A stretch of DNA of 28,766 bases, taken from contig JBILDU010000034.1 of NCBI GenBank assembly GCA_044352465.1, forward strand, positions 1-28,766, given 5' to 3'. This stretch comes from Bdellovibrionota bacterium (lineage in GTDB: Bacteria; Bdellovibrionota_C; UBA2361). Under the pieces are notes generated by a model. It was not told where the DNA came from. It saw only the letters and a list, made by a program, of their open reading frames with translations, and searched no databases. Numbering within the stretch: position 1 is the first letter of the stretch; every line of letters begins with the position of its first letter. Shown piece by piece: positions 27,811 through 28,766 of this stretch. The translations under genes and the position numbers were made by a program.

Positions 27811-28086
27811 GCGCCCCCTTGATCATGAAGTCTATTTTAAGTGTCACCAGTCGAGCGGTGATTGTAAATAAAAATGTATTTTCAGGGGAGGGGTCTGAAT
27901 AAGTCATCGTCGCGTATACTCATCGGCAACTCCTCGTCTTTGCTCCGCGTATGATAAGTCGACCTGGCCAGCTATCTCCCCGATAATCACCCCGTTTTTA
28001 CGAAGCGCAGCCGGCTCAATCCTCGCTCCACCGTTCCCCTGATTGATCCCGCTTCGGGAGCATGACATCGTCTGTGCGTGAGCGAT

Positions 28087-28766
28087 ATGGCAACACCACT
28101 CGTCATTTGGTGGGCAAAACGGGATTTGCGGCTTGCTGATAATCAAGCGCTAACCGCCGCCCTTGAGACAGCGCGCCCGGTGCTCCCGCTTTTTTGCTTC
28201 GAGCCCTCGGTATTAGCGTCATCAGACTATTCACCGATGCACCTGTCTGCCCAGACCGATGCGGTTACGGGGCTGCGGGAATCATTGAGGAGTATCGGGG
28301 GAGAGCTCTATGTGAGCTATGATGAAGTTATCCCCACGTTTGAACGGATTCTCCAACACCGCCCAATTGAGGCAGTGTATTCCCACGAAGAGATCGGCAA
28401 CGGCCTGACATACGCCCGTGACCGCCAGGTGGCCGCGTGGTGCCGGGAGCGTGGCGTCGGCTTCAAGGAATTCCCTCAGTCGAGCGTCAAACGCGGTGGA
28501 GTTAACCGCGATAAGCTGCACCAACTATGGCAAGCTCGGATCGTCGAACGTTCTCCGTTGCCTCCACCCTGTAAGATTCCGATGACCCGCGGTATGCACT
28601 CCTCCGCTTCGAAGACGTCGGTTCGCGCAGTTGAAAGCTCCGCACTCTGGCAAGCGGTCAACGAGTCTGCGGCGCAAGCAACGCTGATTGAATTTCTCAC
28701 TGAGCGGGGACTACGCTATCGGGGGGGGATTAGCTCCCCGAACTCCGCGATGACGGCGGGCTCGCG
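28087..28766 (+). CDS. Photolyase/cryptochrome family protein (partial, runs off the window)
   Basis: Own translation from ATG 28087: MATPLVIWWAKRDLRLADNQAL..VLPLFCFEP..SHEEIGNGLTYARDRQVAAWCRERGV..RYRGGISSP; frame open to the window end; not in the ORF track. Confidence 0.92.
   Translation, partial: MATPLVIWWAKRDLRLADNQALTAALETARPVLPLFCFEPSVLASSDYSPMHLSAQTDAVTGLRESLRSIGGELYVSYDEVIPTFERILQHRPIEAVYSHEEIGNGLTYARDRQVAAWCRERGVGFKEFPQSSVKRGGVNRDKLHQLWQARIVERSPLPPPCKIPMTRGMHSSASKTSVRAVESSALWQAVNESAAQATLIEFLTERGLRYRGGISSPNSAMTAGS

Noticed and set aside
27904..28146. 80-aa minus-strand ORF upstream of hmgA
   Set aside because: Overlaps the photolyase start, no recognisable motifs; likely spurious

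Overview
GC-rich bacterial chromosomal segment, mostly metabolic genes. In order: (i) a fused trehalose-6-phosphate synthase/phosphatase; (ii) a minus-strand operon of CoA-acylating (methyl)malonate-semialdehyde dehydrogenase, URC1-type GTP cyclohydrolase II-like protein, URC4/DUF1688 protein and uracil phosphoribosyltransferase, i.e. a bacterial version of the fungal URC uracil-degradation pathway with an apparently oxidative final step; (iii) an alpha-glucoside cluster (GT4, amylo-alpha-1,6-glucosidase family, GH15, DOMON-like protein); (iv) uncharacterised or loosely assigned genes (membrane protein, 679-aa orphan, HEAT-repeat fusion, DUF2267, Spo0M-like, AlkB-family, SRPBCC); (v) homogentisate-pathway genes (conserved hypothetical-fahA-hppD and a convergent hmgA) with no maiA in the window, separated by a GH-A clan lipoprotein gene and a RAYT-like HUH transposase flanked by palindromes and an 80-bp duplication that supplies the hmgA stop codon; (vi) the 5' part of a photolyase/cryptochrome gene missing from the ORF track. 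No rRNA, tRNA or CRISPR array was seen. Family assignments come from motif recognition by eye, not from database searches.
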